A stretch of 64,000 bases of DNA from Callorhinchus milii (GCF_018977255.1 NW_024704742.1:13642001-13706000); one strand, 5' to 3'; shown: positions 38,538-51,879, counted from the first letter of the stretch. Notes: generated from the letters alone by a model not told the origin. Program-made: numbers and translations.

Positions 38538-39494
38538 TATGTATGCAAGTGATGGAGGGACAGTAGGGTAAGTGTTCTGGAAGAATGAAATTTGATGGAC
38601 TGAAGGGCTAAAGGGGCCATCTTGATCCTAACATATCTTGCGAGTTTATTTTTTATTGACAACATTCAAGGGTGTGGCTTAACTCAATCAATACCCTGTG
38701 AAGCAGCTCTCAGATGCAGGCTCCAGGGTCAATGAAACAATTAGGCCACTGAGTGACATCTAAGATGGCTCCAACATCTATTTGAATGCTGACCTCAGAG
38801 CAAAACCAATATTATCAAAGTCAGGGAGATGGGCAGTGGGTGGTCACTCTGACAGCCAGACTTTAGGAATGAATGTAAAAATGTGACATTTCGTAACAGT
38901 TTTGATGACGTATTCTCTAATAACCAATTACCTTACAATCAATAATTGTTAGAAAGCCTCATTCTATTCTATTTCACTCCATTATTTTACGCAACAAATT
39001 CAGTATTTTAAACTAGATTCAATACTTTGGGTCTGATGCTGCTCAATCTAAAATAGTACTCCACAGCACAACCCTTAATGGGATTCAATAATCACAGCTT
39101 GATATACGTGAGGGACCATCAATAACTATGACTCCAGTTAATCTGATTTTATTGTACATTTTTTGTTATAATATGATCAGTCATACAGCAGATGCATACA
39201 GATTAATTCAGATATTTGTATAACACAAAACTAGGTAAATATTTTGCTCTGAGATAAGGTGAGCTTGAGAAAAACACACACATTGCATAAGGCGATCTCT
39301 CCTTCTCAAGCACTCCCAATAACCAGTTTACATGGAAACTCACTCCTTTTACTTCATATCAACATGATCCTTACCAATAATAACGTGGATTCTTCAGCTG
39401 CAACCATGAACTATACCAGTCCACATAAATTCTATTTAAAACTCAAACATAATGAAACACACATTTCAGCTCAAGGTGATGTGATAGTTCTCAG

Positions 39495-40283
39495 TTGTGG
39501 GAAGTGCGAAGTCATCCACCTCGGCAGCAAAAACAGTAGAGCAGGTTATTTTTTTAGAAGGGGAGCGATTGGAATGTGTTAGCATCAAGAGGGACTTGGG
39601 TGTCAATCACAGAAAGTTAGTCTGCAGGTGCAGCAGCAATTAGGAAGGAGAACGGGATGTTAGCATTCATTATGAAAGGATTAGAGTATAAGAGTAGGGA
39701 AGTCTTGCTGCAACTGTATAGGGCCCTGGTGAGACCACACCTGGAATACTGTGTGCAGTTTTGGTCTCCTTATTTAAGGAAGGATGTACTTGCCTTGGAG
39801 GGGGTGCAGCGTAGATTTACTAGGTTAGTACCAGGGATGAAGGGAATAAGTTACGAGGATAGGCTGACCAATTTGGCCCTATATTCTCTAGAATATAGAA
39901 GAATTAGAGGGGATCTTATAGTATCTTATCATCAAAGGGCATGATAGGGTAGATAGTGGCAGATTGTTTCCCCTGGTTGGAGAAACTGAAACCAGGGGTC
40001 GCAACCTTAAAATCAGAGGTAGCCCTTTCGCACTGAGTTGAGGAAGAACTTCTTCACTCAAAGGGTGGTGAATGTATGGAACTCGCTACCCCAAAGGGCT
40101 GTTGATGCTCAGTCCTTGAGACTGAGATAGATAGATTTCGTATTGCAAAAGAGATTAAGGGATATGGGGATAAGGTAGGGTTAGGTTATTAGCTGGAGTT
40201 AGATTAGTAGATCAGCCATGATTGAATGGCGGGGCAGGCTCGAAGGGCCAAATGGCCTACTCCCGCTCCTACATGTTATGTTA
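39495..40283 (+). mobile_element. CR1 LINE 3' ~800 bp
   Basis: GKCEVIHLG, LYRALVRPHLEYCVQFWSPYLRKD..LEGVQRRFTR, WNSLPQRAV; tail ggcctactcccgctcctacatgttatgtt. Confidence 0.93.
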
Positions 40284-40537
40284 AAATTATTTAAAGAGCG
40301 AATGTCTTTTTTCTTCTTCGGCCAAGTGTCTGGAGAAATGTAATCAGAATATGGACTGAATCACAACAGAGATGCTTCCAGTTTAAATTGTTATTGAATT
40401 TCAAAACATAAGAAGATTGAAGCTAAAGATGACAAATATAAATGCAACAGCTATTTGCAATAATTGCCTGACATGATATAGTTCAATAATCTTAGCAAAA
40501 GTATAGTTCTGTGAAAATTGGGTAAAATATTGAACCT

Positions 40538-40840
40538 AACAACAGCAACACAAATTGCATTTATATATTGCCTTTCACATTGGGAGGACATCTCAAAGTG
40601 CCCCTGGCCAATGAGGGGTTTGCACCGCAGCTAGGATCAGAAAGCAGTGGAGGGCAAGGGTTGTGGAGGAGGGAAGATGATCGAGGGCACGGTCAAAAAG
40701 GAAGGTCTTTAGACAGACCTTGAAGAAGACAAATGCAAGGCGAAGGGGCTCTGGGATTGAGTTCCAGAGAGTGGAGGTAGAAGGGTTGAAGGTCCAACCT
40801 TTTTCTAGTGGAGCAAGCAGGGTGGGGGATATGGAGCAGG
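40538..40840 (-). mobile_element. L2 LINE 3' end
   Basis: Antisense tail aacaacagcaac...cctttcacattgggaggacatctc plus the antisense LWN region. Confidence 0.75.
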
Positions 40841-41619
40841 CCTTCTTAGAAACTCTTTCTACTTATCAACCTGGGCTCTCAGCAATCAATAGCAAATATT
40901 CCACTTTTGATGGGACTTGAAACAAATGAAACTCAGTAAGGGTTGATGAACCTGAGTTTGAGACAGCATTGAATTATACTCTTCACATAATTATACTCCT
41001 GTCCGGTTGCCTGACCTTGCTGTTTAGGGCTTTCTCAGAACTTACTGCTTGATTTAGCTATTTTCTCTTTTCTGGTCCAGTTTCTGATGTGATAACCATA
41101 TAGCATCTGTTATGAGACATCACAAATTTCACCCTAGAAATAAGTGATGAAAAGAATATATTTTTTACCAATTGAGATGGAATAGACTCCAGCAAAAACC
41201 TTAGTAATTTAGTAAGAATAAAAAACATCTATCTCATTGTATATTCATGATAACATATCATAATTCCATTGTATTGGGGGAAAAAAACACTTGCTCTGGT
41301 TCACTCATAAAGCATAATGCAGTAACATCCGACTGTTTTGTTGAAATAGTTCAATTTGTAGTGGAAACAATAGCTACTTCAATTCTGTGTTTCACAGCTA
41401 AAAGATGTTTTCAAGATTCAGCTGGTAATTCACAGGATTAAATGTGCATCTGTCTCACTCTAACACTTTCTGTAATAACACCACTATTTTTCCTGAGTAT
41501 TGCCCCACTTTGTGCCTGCATGAACAGTCAGATCAACGCATGGTTGATCAGTAAGTCCTCTGGTCGGTGAGGCAGTAAGTAGCAGGCACACATAGAGGGT
41601 AATTAGTTACCAATAATGG

Positions 41620-42105
41620 GAGAAAGAGAGCAGTGAGGAGAATTATTTTTACACAGAGAATTGCTAGGATGTCGGATGCCCTATCTGGGATCTGTATTTG
41701 AGGCAGAATCCATATTAGATTTTAAAATGAAATTAGGTAAATATCTGAAATGGAGAAATAAAATGGGTATAATAATAATAATACTTGCATTTGATATAGC
41801 ACCTTATCAAGTCTTTGAGAAAGTGCTTCATAGAATATACTGTAAAATGAATTGACTGAATATTTTGTGGGAGAAACCCGGCAGCCAATTGCATACAGCA
41901 GTGTTCCGCAAACAGTTGTAGATTGAGTGACCACATTTTTTAATGTTTGTACTCTTGCTTGCCAGGCGAGTGCTCTAACCACCAAGCCACAGGTATGGGG
42001 AAAAGGCAGGAATATGATCCTAATCAGATAGTTCTTTCAGATAGCCAGCAAACGCACGATGGTCTGAATGCTCTCTATTTATGTTACAAATGTGTTTGGT
42101 TCTAG
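41620..42105 (+). mobile_element. CR1 3' end split by an internally deleted SINE (-, 41770-41992)
   Basis: FFTQR-type CR1 sequence at 41640-41750; tail ggtatggggaaaaaggcagg...gctctctattt resumes at 41992. Confidence 0.65.
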
Positions 42106-42121
42106 GATTGTAACTTCTAGC

Positions 42122-42812
42122 AGTCCTTTAGCTCAGTGGTTAGAGCACTTGCCTCGCAGTGAGAGACCTTGGTTCGATTCCCAGCAGGGCAAAATATTAG
42201 GCAAGTTTCCTTACTCCACGCGCCTCTGTTTACCTAGCAGTAAGTAGAAACTTGTTTATTAGTTGATTGATGGATCGCTTTTCCAGGGATAATAATTCCT
42301 TNAAAAAAAATTATAAATTGGTCACTTCAATCCATGACTGTTTGTGGGACACTGTTGTAATAATAATAATAATAATAATCCTTGCATTTGATATAGCGCT
42401 TTTCACGTCGGGAGGACGTCCCAAAGCGCTTCACAGAACACACTGTAAAGTGAATTGACTGTATATTTGTGGGCGAACGCGGCAGCCAATTGCGCACAGC
42501 AATGTCCCACAGTCGTAGATTGAAAATGACCAATTTTTATTATTGTTTTTGGCTTTGGAGGGATTATTATTAGGCGTGTGGAGTAAGGAAACTTGCCCAA
42601 GGTTTCGCCCTGCCTGGAATTGAACTCAGGTCTCTAGCTTGCAAAGCGAGTGCTCAACCACTGAGCTACAGGACTCCAGTTGTGTGCAATTGGCTGCCGC
42701 ATTTCGCCCACAAAATAATCAGTCAATTCACTTTACAGTATATTCTGTGAAGTGCTTTGAGACATCTCAAAAATGGGATAAAGCGCTATATCAAAGGCAA
42801 GGATTATTATTA
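42122..42812 (+). mobile_element. tRNA-derived SINE (long variant) hosting an antisense SINE
   Basis: Head agtcctttagctcagtggttagagc; body breaks at ...gggacactgttg (42357) and resumes gttgtgtgcaattggctgcc (42679); N at 42302. Confidence 0.9.
42358..42677 (-). mobile_element. Full-length tRNA-derived SINE (short variant, young)
   Basis: Nearly identical to 53181-53491. Confidence 0.95.
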
Positions 42813-44154
42813 TCTTACTTACCTTTCTCTACCAGAGCCATAATATGTAGAAGAAGCACTCATTAACCTTGAGGTGACTCCTGGCAGTGAGGGAGCTCAA
42901 TGGCTACAAAGCACATATGCATTAGGTATGCACTGTTAGTAAAATAATATTTCTGGAGAGGTTTGTAATTCCCAGTAAACAAGTCTTGTACAATTAGTCC
43001 AGGAAACCAAAAGATGTGCATTAATAATCACTGATGCTCTGGTGTGGCTTCCATCCATTTCACTGAAAGCATTGAAGCTGCGGTTATGTGAAAATAATGC
43101 CTAGGATGGATTCTGTGGGGAGAAAAATGGGATAATTATCACCTATGATCGTTATCATATCCCATGCCGCATTTTGCACTCCATATTTTAACTTAAAGTT
43201 TTGAACTTTTAGAAAAATCAAGTACAAAGTGCAAGTCAATGTTAATGACTCTTTAAACAAGTGTAATATGTAAGTTCACTCAGTGAGAATTTTCGGTTTA
43301 ATTAAATTTTGAAACATTTGTGAGTTAAAATTGATTTTATGCGATATTCATATTCTATAACTGTGATATATGAGTTCAGTTAAATAATAATACATTATTC
43401 AAAGCACTGCAGGCATATTTTTTGGTGATAGTGGTTCAAAGATTAATACAAAGAGACATTAACCTTTGTGCAAAGAGGTATTAACCTGTGTATTTCAATT
43501 ACATGCAGTCATTCACATGAGTTCAATGGAATGCGTAACATTTAGTCCAAATAATTTTAAAGAATTCTGATGACGGAGCATTCAGTTTTATTGCAGACCA
43601 ATACATCATCAGACTAAACAAATTGGACAATCGTGATTCATGTCTACCAGAACACCAGGGGAAATTGAATGGACAACCCCAACTATTAGAACTGTCATAC
43701 AACTGTCATCTGTTGGCATGACAATTCAGATGGGGAGCATTAGGCATTCGACCACCAATGAATGGGACATATTTCACCACCTAGATATTTGGACGCTATA
43801 GATAGCTCTGGAAACAGCTGAAAAATAAAATTCCAATGGACAAATAGCTTTTCTAGAAAGGTGAAAGCCTTTTTGCCATTGACTTATAGCTACATTTTCA
43901 TTTTTTAATTTGGGATTAATTTAACTAATGAGGTTCCAACCTATTATTTGAAGCAGTCTCTAGGTTATTATTAAGGTGGTGAAACCAATTAATTTCCCAT
44001 TGAAATTCCGTGGAAAACTAATTGAGGCATGGTTTTGGTTAAAATTCCAGAGGTTGAAAACTTAGTACAAAACATTAAATTTACCAATTACCCAATATTT
44101 ATCTATTTGACATGTCACTAAACAATACAATATAATTTACACTTATATAATACC

Positions 44155-44420
44155 TGTCATGTCAAGAGGATGTCCAAAAACCTAGACAATTCTGGCTGGA
44201 CACTGGAACTGAGGAGATGATAAAGGATAAATGACTGATGGAACAGCCAAAGATGTACATTTTGATATGTACTGTGAAAGATGGGAGGAAGGGAAAAATC
44301 ACCTGGGAATCGAGTTCCAGATAGCAGGTGGCAAGCGGCTGAAAGTCTACCCACCAATGGTAGGGCGAATAGAGTGGGGGATATGGAATCAGCATGGAGT
44401 AGATGTAGTCCAAGAGAAGG
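44155..44420 (-). mobile_element. L2 3' end, degraded
   Basis: Antisense tail tcatgtcaagaggatgtccaaa and gagttccagatagcagg..ggctgaaagtc. Confidence 0.6.
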
Positions 44421-46836
44421 GTTTGGTGGGGTTTATATGGGTGAAGGCGGTTGAAACATTGAGGAATGGACTGAATATTGAAACTATTGCAATGTTTGCA
44501 AAGGAAAGGATCACAAAGAATTCTAATTCCACCATTCAAAATACCTGTAGTGCTAATAGCCATTGGCCACTTTCAAGACCAATATTCTACAATTACTCCA
44601 TGATTTTATTCTGCTGCAAAATTACATTAAAATTGTTCAAATATTTGGAGATTTCAAAGGTTTTCAATTTGAGGAATAAGACGACAATATGTGGCGAAAT
44701 GTTTCATTCACATATATGGACACAAAAAGTGGTAATAAGCAGCAGATAAAATACATCTCATGTCTAATGATACGTTTATATTACACAATATATGGCATAT
44801 ATTATATATTTTATGTATTTATACATAAAATATATACATATATCTATATAAAACATACCTGGTCCAGATCCCTGACTGTTCAGCAACTTTGGTCGTCCTC
44901 CTGAACTGAAAGGTGCTTTACAAATATAATTTTGTTGTTGTTGTAATACCGCAGCACAATAGGACATATCTAAAAATGTGTCACATTAGCTCAGTTTGTT
45001 TCCTGATACATTATTGCTAATGGTTTCTAAAGTGGAGGTATAAGAATAATAACTATTTTTCATATGGTTTTTCATTTGTGGTTTGGTTATTTTTCAAGTG
45101 TTTTTGAAATCAGTTATAGCTATTTTTAGTTGCTTTCATTTTTTTGAGAGCCTTTAAAACCAGTTTGAAATGTTCAATGAAATGTACACAGATTTCGCAG
45201 AGCTCAGCGGGCATTTTCAAATGAATGGTAATGACAGTAATTAAACTCACCTGGTAATGACCTTCACACTCCAAGAGATTGTCACTTCTCTTTCACCCAT
45301 TAAATTCACAGTTTTCAGATTCTCAAGTGCATGGTAGATTAAGATGACATTCCATGTTTTACTGATGAAATAAAACTGCAATAGATTTTGACTAAAAAAT
45401 AGGAAACCTGTCATGTTTAGTATCAAAATGTTAACTATTAACTAGAAATATTCACTTGCTTTCAACCCAAAGTATATTATATATGTATATATATATAAAA
45501 ACATCTATGTCAGAATGTTTCAAGGTTAGAAAAAAAGCTGTTATTTATTGCTTTTGTGGGCTGCATTAATGTTTATAATAATAATCCTTGCATTTGATAA
45601 TGCATCTTATCACATCATTGAAACATCTCATAGGGCTTCACAAGATTTAGTGTAAAGTATGTACAAAAATCCTGCAGGATCAAAAATGCAAGGATTATTA
45701 TTATAAAGTGTAGTGACTATGTATTTTGTAGGTGAAGTAATACAAGAATGTAAAATGCGGTATGGGATATGATAATTATCCCCAGTGATATTATCCCATC
45801 AAAAATTGCATTTTTCAAGTTATATTAATTCATATAATTTTATTTCCAGTAGGGATATGAATTAGTGAATAATCTTTAGTTCTGTTCGGACTCTAATTCT
45901 GTTGTGTAACATAAATTATTAGAAATTGTCAGAGGATTATTTTGGCATATACAATGTGAGAGATGATGATAAAGAAAGGATCAAGGCCGTGAAGTAAGAA
46001 TTTAGGTTCATATTCCAATGAAATACTGGAGAACCATTGTATTGTCAGAGGTGACGTCCTTTTGATGAAATGTTAAATCAAGATCTTGTCTGCTTGTTCT
46101 CAGGTGGACTTTAAGATGGACTTTAAGATCTATTCAAAAAGAGAAGGGTGTGTCTCCCAATGTATTGGCCAACAATTTAGAATATTATGGCATCATCACT
46201 CTTGCTGATCTCCCAAAATCCAACTCTGAGTACCATTTCCCATTGGCGCTGCATGCAGACGATCCAACTCGATAGTGAAAAATGTTTTTGTGCACAGATG
46301 TCGTGACCTGGTTAAGCAAGTATCACAATAATGTTCACATGTGTTAAATGTCAATAGAAGGTTTTCAGTAATCTGCTTTAGCCAATTAACAATAGTCGAA
46401 TCACAAATAAGGTAAAGTTAGCTGATTTTCAAGCTTCACAGCTTATCTCAGCTATTGGCATCATTTGTTCCAGAGGAATCCCGAGGTTCACATGCCAGTA
46501 CAAGTAACATTTTTGAACTGTTTGCAAAACTGTGAAACTGCTAGTTAAAAGTGACATGAGGTTATGTGACTTCAAAATTAACTGTCATGTTCTTAATTTA
46601 GTCATAGTACGGCCTTGTGCTGAGCTAATTGGTAATGGAAGAATATTCATTGAAAACCAATTTCAATAGAAGTCTTACTTGATATTTACACATTAGGGTT
46701 TTCGCAAGGGAATGGAGAGTCTTCTGATCTTTGTTGGATCATGTCAAGAAATGAGTATCCCCGGTGTGATCACATCCTATGCTATCAAAGCTTAGAGACA
46801 GCATCTGAAAGCTGAAGATAATGAACATAGGATATA

Positions 46837-46990
46837 GCTGAGCTAAACCAATATCCTATTTTTGGATGATCAAATTTGCCATTATCTGCAATAGGAAGCA
46901 TGAAGATTTGTGCAGCTCTGGCTTCATCCCCAAACCCCCAAAGAACAGTGAATTTGATCAGCTAAAAATAGAACATTGGCTTAGCTCAGC
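46837..46990. repeat. Imperfect 40-bp inverted repeat (probable MITE relic)
   Basis: 46837-46876 vs reverse complement of 46951-46990: 35/40 identical without gaps. Confidence 0.8.
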
Positions 46991-47419
46991 CAGTAGTCTT
47001 TCAACATCATGAATAAGATTATAGATGCTAGCCTTGACTTGATAAAAATGTATTTTGCTCTGTCCCTCTGTTATTTTGGAAGAATCCAATGTTCACATTG
47101 TACAGAAAACTGTGCAAAGACATTATAATAATCTTTGCATTTGATATAACAACTTATCACATTTCAAAATGTTTCAGAGCACTTCACAGAACTTACTGCA
47201 AGTTGAAGAGGAAGGTCTTCAGATGTAAACAGACAGACGCAAACTTGGTTTAACATCTTATCCAAAGGACAGCACCTCTGACAATGTAGTACTCTCCTCA
47301 GCACTGCAATAGGGCCTCCACCATGACTTCAAAGTCCCAATGTGGGGCTTGTACCCAGAACCTTCTGACTCAGAGGGGAGAGTGCTATCAATAGCAATTG
47401 AATCACACTGACCATCCGA

Positions 47420-48000
47420 TGTTACTGAAATGTTATCTGAATGAATTGTAGGCAATCCTTACAGGAACATCTCCCTTTAGGAAATACAAGCTTTCAAATG
47501 CTAGGATTAGAATGAAGTTAATAAAATGACAACTTTGCAGGGAAGTTATTCTGACTATAATTCTAATATTTATTTTTGCACATCTCTTGACCAAAAGTCT
47601 CCAATTGTTTGGTATATCTGATTATAGCCACTATCCCTGACACAATTCTTACTTGGCAATGACATGGAGTCCTGTAGCTCAGTGGTTAGAGCACTCACTT
47701 TGCGTGCGAGAGACCTGGGTTCAATTCTCAGCAGGGTGAAACCTTGGGTAGGTTTTCTTACTCCACACGCCTGATAATAATCCCTCAAAAAAAAACAAAT
47801 AAATTGGTCACTTCAAACCACGACTGTTTGTGAGACACTGTTGTGCACAATTGGCTACCACATTTCGCCCACAAAAATACAGTCAATTCACTTTACAGTA
47901 TATTCTGTGAAGCGCTTTGAGACATCTAGAAGATGTGAAAAGCTCTATATCAATTGCAAGGATTATTATTATTATTATTACTCAGAATCTGACACAATGT
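47420..48000. repeat. Duplicated segment, copy A (interrupted by SINE 47666-47980)
   Basis: Direct paralogue of 56950-57238; 53-bp identical block 47516-47568 = 57067-57119. Confidence 0.9.
47666..47980 (+). mobile_element. Full-length tRNA(Ala-like)-derived SINE
   Basis: ggagtcctgtagctcagtggttagagcactcactttgcgtgcgagagacctgggttcaattc head, (TAT)n tail; empty site seen at 57215. Confidence 0.95.
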
Positions 48001-48619
48001 TCAGAATTGCAGAATTACTACGTGGCACCGCTGCTATTTATAATGCAACTCAAGTACTTTCTCTCTGAAGTATGATTTTTTTATACTATTCATCACCCCT
48101 GTCCAACGTACACAATGAGGGGCTTCAGTCAATTATTTCAGAGGAAAGATGGTTGCCTTGATCACTGCTGTGTGAAAAGGACAGTGTTGACAGCCAATGT
48201 GAAAAGCAACACTTTTATTTTTACCCACACTGATAAGGTATATAACCATACATAGCCATAAATCAAGCTCTTTCAATTTTTACATTTCAACAAAGAACTC
48301 AATTAAAATTGCTGAATCAAAGCAGGGCTGGAAAATGGTTTATAAATGCTATTTTTTGTTTGTATTGACATCACTTACCACGGGTAAGAAAGAATTGGTT
48401 AAACTGACTTTCATTGTTTCACCTGTGATAGCCTCTCTCCTCCAGAAAGCTGCATTCTGTTCAGCAGCTAGTGGTGACATTTACAATTGTGTTAATGAAC
48501 AAAAGGGTGGAAAGTGCATTGTTTCAAGACAGATTTTGAAAATACTCGAGTGTGTTATCAGTCAGTTTTAAAGGGGTTTCACTCTTTCATTCTGTTCCTG
48601 AAGTTTGGCTGCGGGTGTG

Positions 48620-51273
48620 AACTAGGCTCACCGAAACCTGGCTCTCCCCCAATGACCCCATCCCCCTAGTTGAAGCCTCCCCTCCAGGCTACACCTTCCA
48701 CCACACCCCCTGTCCAAACCAACATGGCGCCGGAATGGCCTTCATCTCCAAAGCCTCCCTTGGTCTTAACCCCTACTCCTCTGGCTGCTTCCTTTCCCCT
48801 CCTTCGAGCATCTCACCCTCTTCCATCCCTCTCTCTCACTGAAAATTCTCCTTGCTTACCGTCCCCCTAAGTCCCCCGGCTCCTTCCACACAGACTTCTC
48901 TACTCTCTTCTCTTTCCTGTCCCTTTGCTCTGAACTCCTACTCATAATGGGTGATTTCAATCTCCACCTAAACTCCACTTGCATCACTTCTGCTGACTTC
49001 ACTGCCCTCCTCTCCTCCCTAAACTTCACCCTTCACATAAATTCACACACCCACAACCATGGCCATGCCTTCGACCTCATCATCACCCATGGTCTTGACA
49101 TTTCCGACCTTAGCATAGTGGACAAGGCCATCGCGGACCACTTTCTCAACTCCTTGTCCTCTCACATCCCTCTCTCTTCCACCAAGCCCCCAACGATTCT
49201 CTACCGCCCTTGGAAAAGACTACCCCCTGAGTCCCTCACAAAGGTCCTCTCATCAAATATCCTATCCCTCTGGCCTTCCACCCGCGGAAATCCTAAAGCA
49301 GCCTTCCCCCACCTTCAACTCATTCATCCCCTTGAAATCCAGGACCATCTCCAAATCCACCCTATCTCCCTGGTAATACAATCATCTCCGTTGCCTGAAA
49401 ACCCAAACCCGGATTGAGCGCAGATGGCGGAAAACTGGCCTGACAGTTCACCACTAACTGTGTCTCGAGCATCTGCACAGCTACCGCCATTCTTTGACAC
49501 GCACAAAAATGGCCTTCTACTCCAACATCATCTTGGAGGCTAAACACAACCCCAAAATCCTTTTTTCCAGCCACCCACTATCTCCTCCGTGCGCCCCCTC
49601 AGGCCTCATCAATCTTCACATCCAATGCCCACCCTACATTCCTTCCTCCACATCTCTCCCTCCTCCTTCTCACCCACCATCATCTCCATGAAACCCACCA
49701 CCTGCTGCCTCGACCCCCTCCCCACCAACTTGCTGGTCACCCAGCTCCCCCTCCTCTGCCCACTACTGGCTGATGTCGTCAACCAATCCCTCTCCTCCGG
49801 ATCAATCCCTGCCCCTCTCAAAACTGCTGTCATCACCCCCTCCTCAAAAAACCTTCCCTAGATCCCTCAAACCCCAGCCACAACCACCCTATTTCTAACC
49901 TGGCCTTTCTCGCAAAAGTCCTAGAATGCATTGTTGCCAATCAACTTTGCACACACTTCTCCTCCCACTCCCTCTTCGAACCCCTCCAGTCCGGTTTCCG
50001 CCCTACCCACAGCACAGAGACTGCGCTTATGAAAGTCACAAACAATGTCCTCTCTATCTGTGACCAGGGCTCCCTCTGCCTCCTTGTCCTCCTAGAACTC
50101 TCCGCCGTGTTCGACACAGTCGATCACACCATCCTCCTCCATGGTCTTTCCTCCATCATCCATTTCAGTGGGACGCTCTCGTCTGGTTCGAGTCCTACCT
50201 CACAAACTGCCAGCAGTACATCTGCACAAATGGCTTTTCCTCCTGTTCTCACCCGGTTACCTGTGGGGTACCCCAAGGTCCATCCTTGGCCCCCTCCTCT
50301 TTCTGATCTCTATGCTCCCTCTTGGGGATGTCATCCGCAGACATGGGGTACACTTCCACATGTATGCAGACGACACCCAACTCTATTTTTCCACCTCACT
50401 TTGCGACCCCCAATCCCCTGATGTTCTGTCAGCCTGGCTGTCAAACATCAGGGGCTGGGTGAGCGCAAATTTTCTTCAGCTGAACGTTGGCAAGATGGAA
50501 GCCATACTCTTTGGCTCTTGTCAACATCTAAAATCTCACAGTTCTCACCTCCTCCACCTACCCGACCTCCCCCTAAAACTTTCCGAACCAATACGCAACC
50601 TAGGCGTCAGGTTCGACCCCCAATTATCCTTCCTCCCCCACATCCGGTCCCTCATCAGCACAGCTTTCTTCCACCTCCGACACATCGCCCATCTCCGCCA
50701 ATACTTCTCTCCGAAAGCCGCTGAAACCCTGGTCCATGCGGTTGTCACCTCTCCGCTGGACTATTCAAATGCTCTCCTCGCCGGTCTCCCCTTCACTACC
50801 ATCCATAAAATCCAGATTATTCAAAACTCTGCTGCCCGCATTCTCACCCGCACCAATCTCCGTTCCTCCATTTCCCCAGTCCTTGCCAGAAAGGATCGAC
50901 TTCAAGATCCTCACCCTTGTCTTCAAATCCCTCCACTGCTTTGCACCCCCCTACCTCTCTGACCTCCTCTCTCCTCAAAACAGTGCCTGTTGCCTTCGTT
51001 CCTCCGGGTCTGGCCTCCTCCTTGTCTCCCGAGTCCTCCGTGCCTTCAGCCACTACACCCCGAGGCTCTGGAACTCCCTTCCTCACTCCCTTCACCTCGC
51101 TCCCTCTCTTCCTATTTTCAGATCTCTGCTGAAGACCTTTCTTTTCGATCGTGCTTTTGGTCACCTTCCTCCCCCTCCCCCTGGCTCGGCCCCGGGATCC
51201 GTTACTGTGAAGCGCTCTGAGATGCCGTCCGACGTGGAGGGTGCTATATAAATCCAAATTGTTGTTGTTGTTG
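48620..51273 (+). mobile_element. L2 LINE covering most of ORF2 (APE and RT), disrupted
   Basis: [88 protein letters not shown]; (TTG)n tail. Confidence 0.96.
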
Positions 51274-51274
51274 T

Positions 51275-51555
51275 AGGCCTATGTTTACAGTTAGCAGGAG
51301 CCGGTTGTTAGTTGATTGTCGGATCGCTTTTCCAAGGGTAATAATCCCTCCAAAAACAAATAAATAATAATAATTTGGTCACTCTATCCACGACTGTTTG
51401 TGGTACACTGCTGTGTGCAATTGGCTGCTGTGTTTCGCTCACAAAATATAGTCAATTCACTTTACAGTGTACTCTGTGAAGTGCTTTGAGATGTCTCGAA
51501 GACATGATGAGGTGCTATATCAAATGCAAGGATTATTATTATTATTATTATTATA
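51275..51555 (+). mobile_element. tRNA-derived SINE long variant, 5'-truncated
   Basis: gtttacag..ttagttgattgtcggatcgcttttccaaggg followed by the standard 3' half. Confidence 0.85.
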
Positions 51556-51879
51556 TCAAATGCAAACATTATTAAATTATTATTATTATGAATGCAGGTA
51601 AGGGAGAGCAGTAGACCTGTGAATATGTGAGTGGAAATTGAAAACCTATGTTAAGACAGTGGCCTAAACTGAAATCCATTCAACACTCTCAGCAACACCA
51701 GGCAGAATGATGCTGGAGCAGGGACTCTAACTGATCAAAGCTTAATCTTTGTTTTCCTTTTTGATATTTCTTGACATTTCTGCATTCATTTCCCCCCCAC
51801 CACCATTCAAACCATTTGTTGAAACATAATTCTACAGGCTTTGAAGTTATTATGTCAGATTAATGTTGAACTTAATCTG

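Noticed and set aside
26976..42302. Single N bases at 26976 and 42302
   Set aside because: Assembly ambiguities next to homopolymer runs; not biological.
44162..44749. 133-aa and 172-aa overlapping ORFs
   Set aside because: They largely overlap a degraded L2 3' end and AT-rich flank; no recognisable domain.
45572..45707. 24-bp perfect inverted repeat
   Set aside because: Explained by two SINE tails in opposite orientation.
47520..47625. C/D box snoRNA in the duplicated segment
   Set aside because: CTGA boxes are present, but the C box (ATGACAA) lacks the key GA and I saw no rRNA complementarity.
47666..47740. tRNA-Ala-like genes (also 30577, 38460, 42122, 42600, 53415)
   Set aside because: They have A/B boxes but run directly into SINE bodies and tails; these are SINE heads, not tRNA genes.
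50141..50962. 273-aa ORF as a host gene or active RT
   Set aside because: It is a frameshift-bounded part of a disrupted L2 ORF2.
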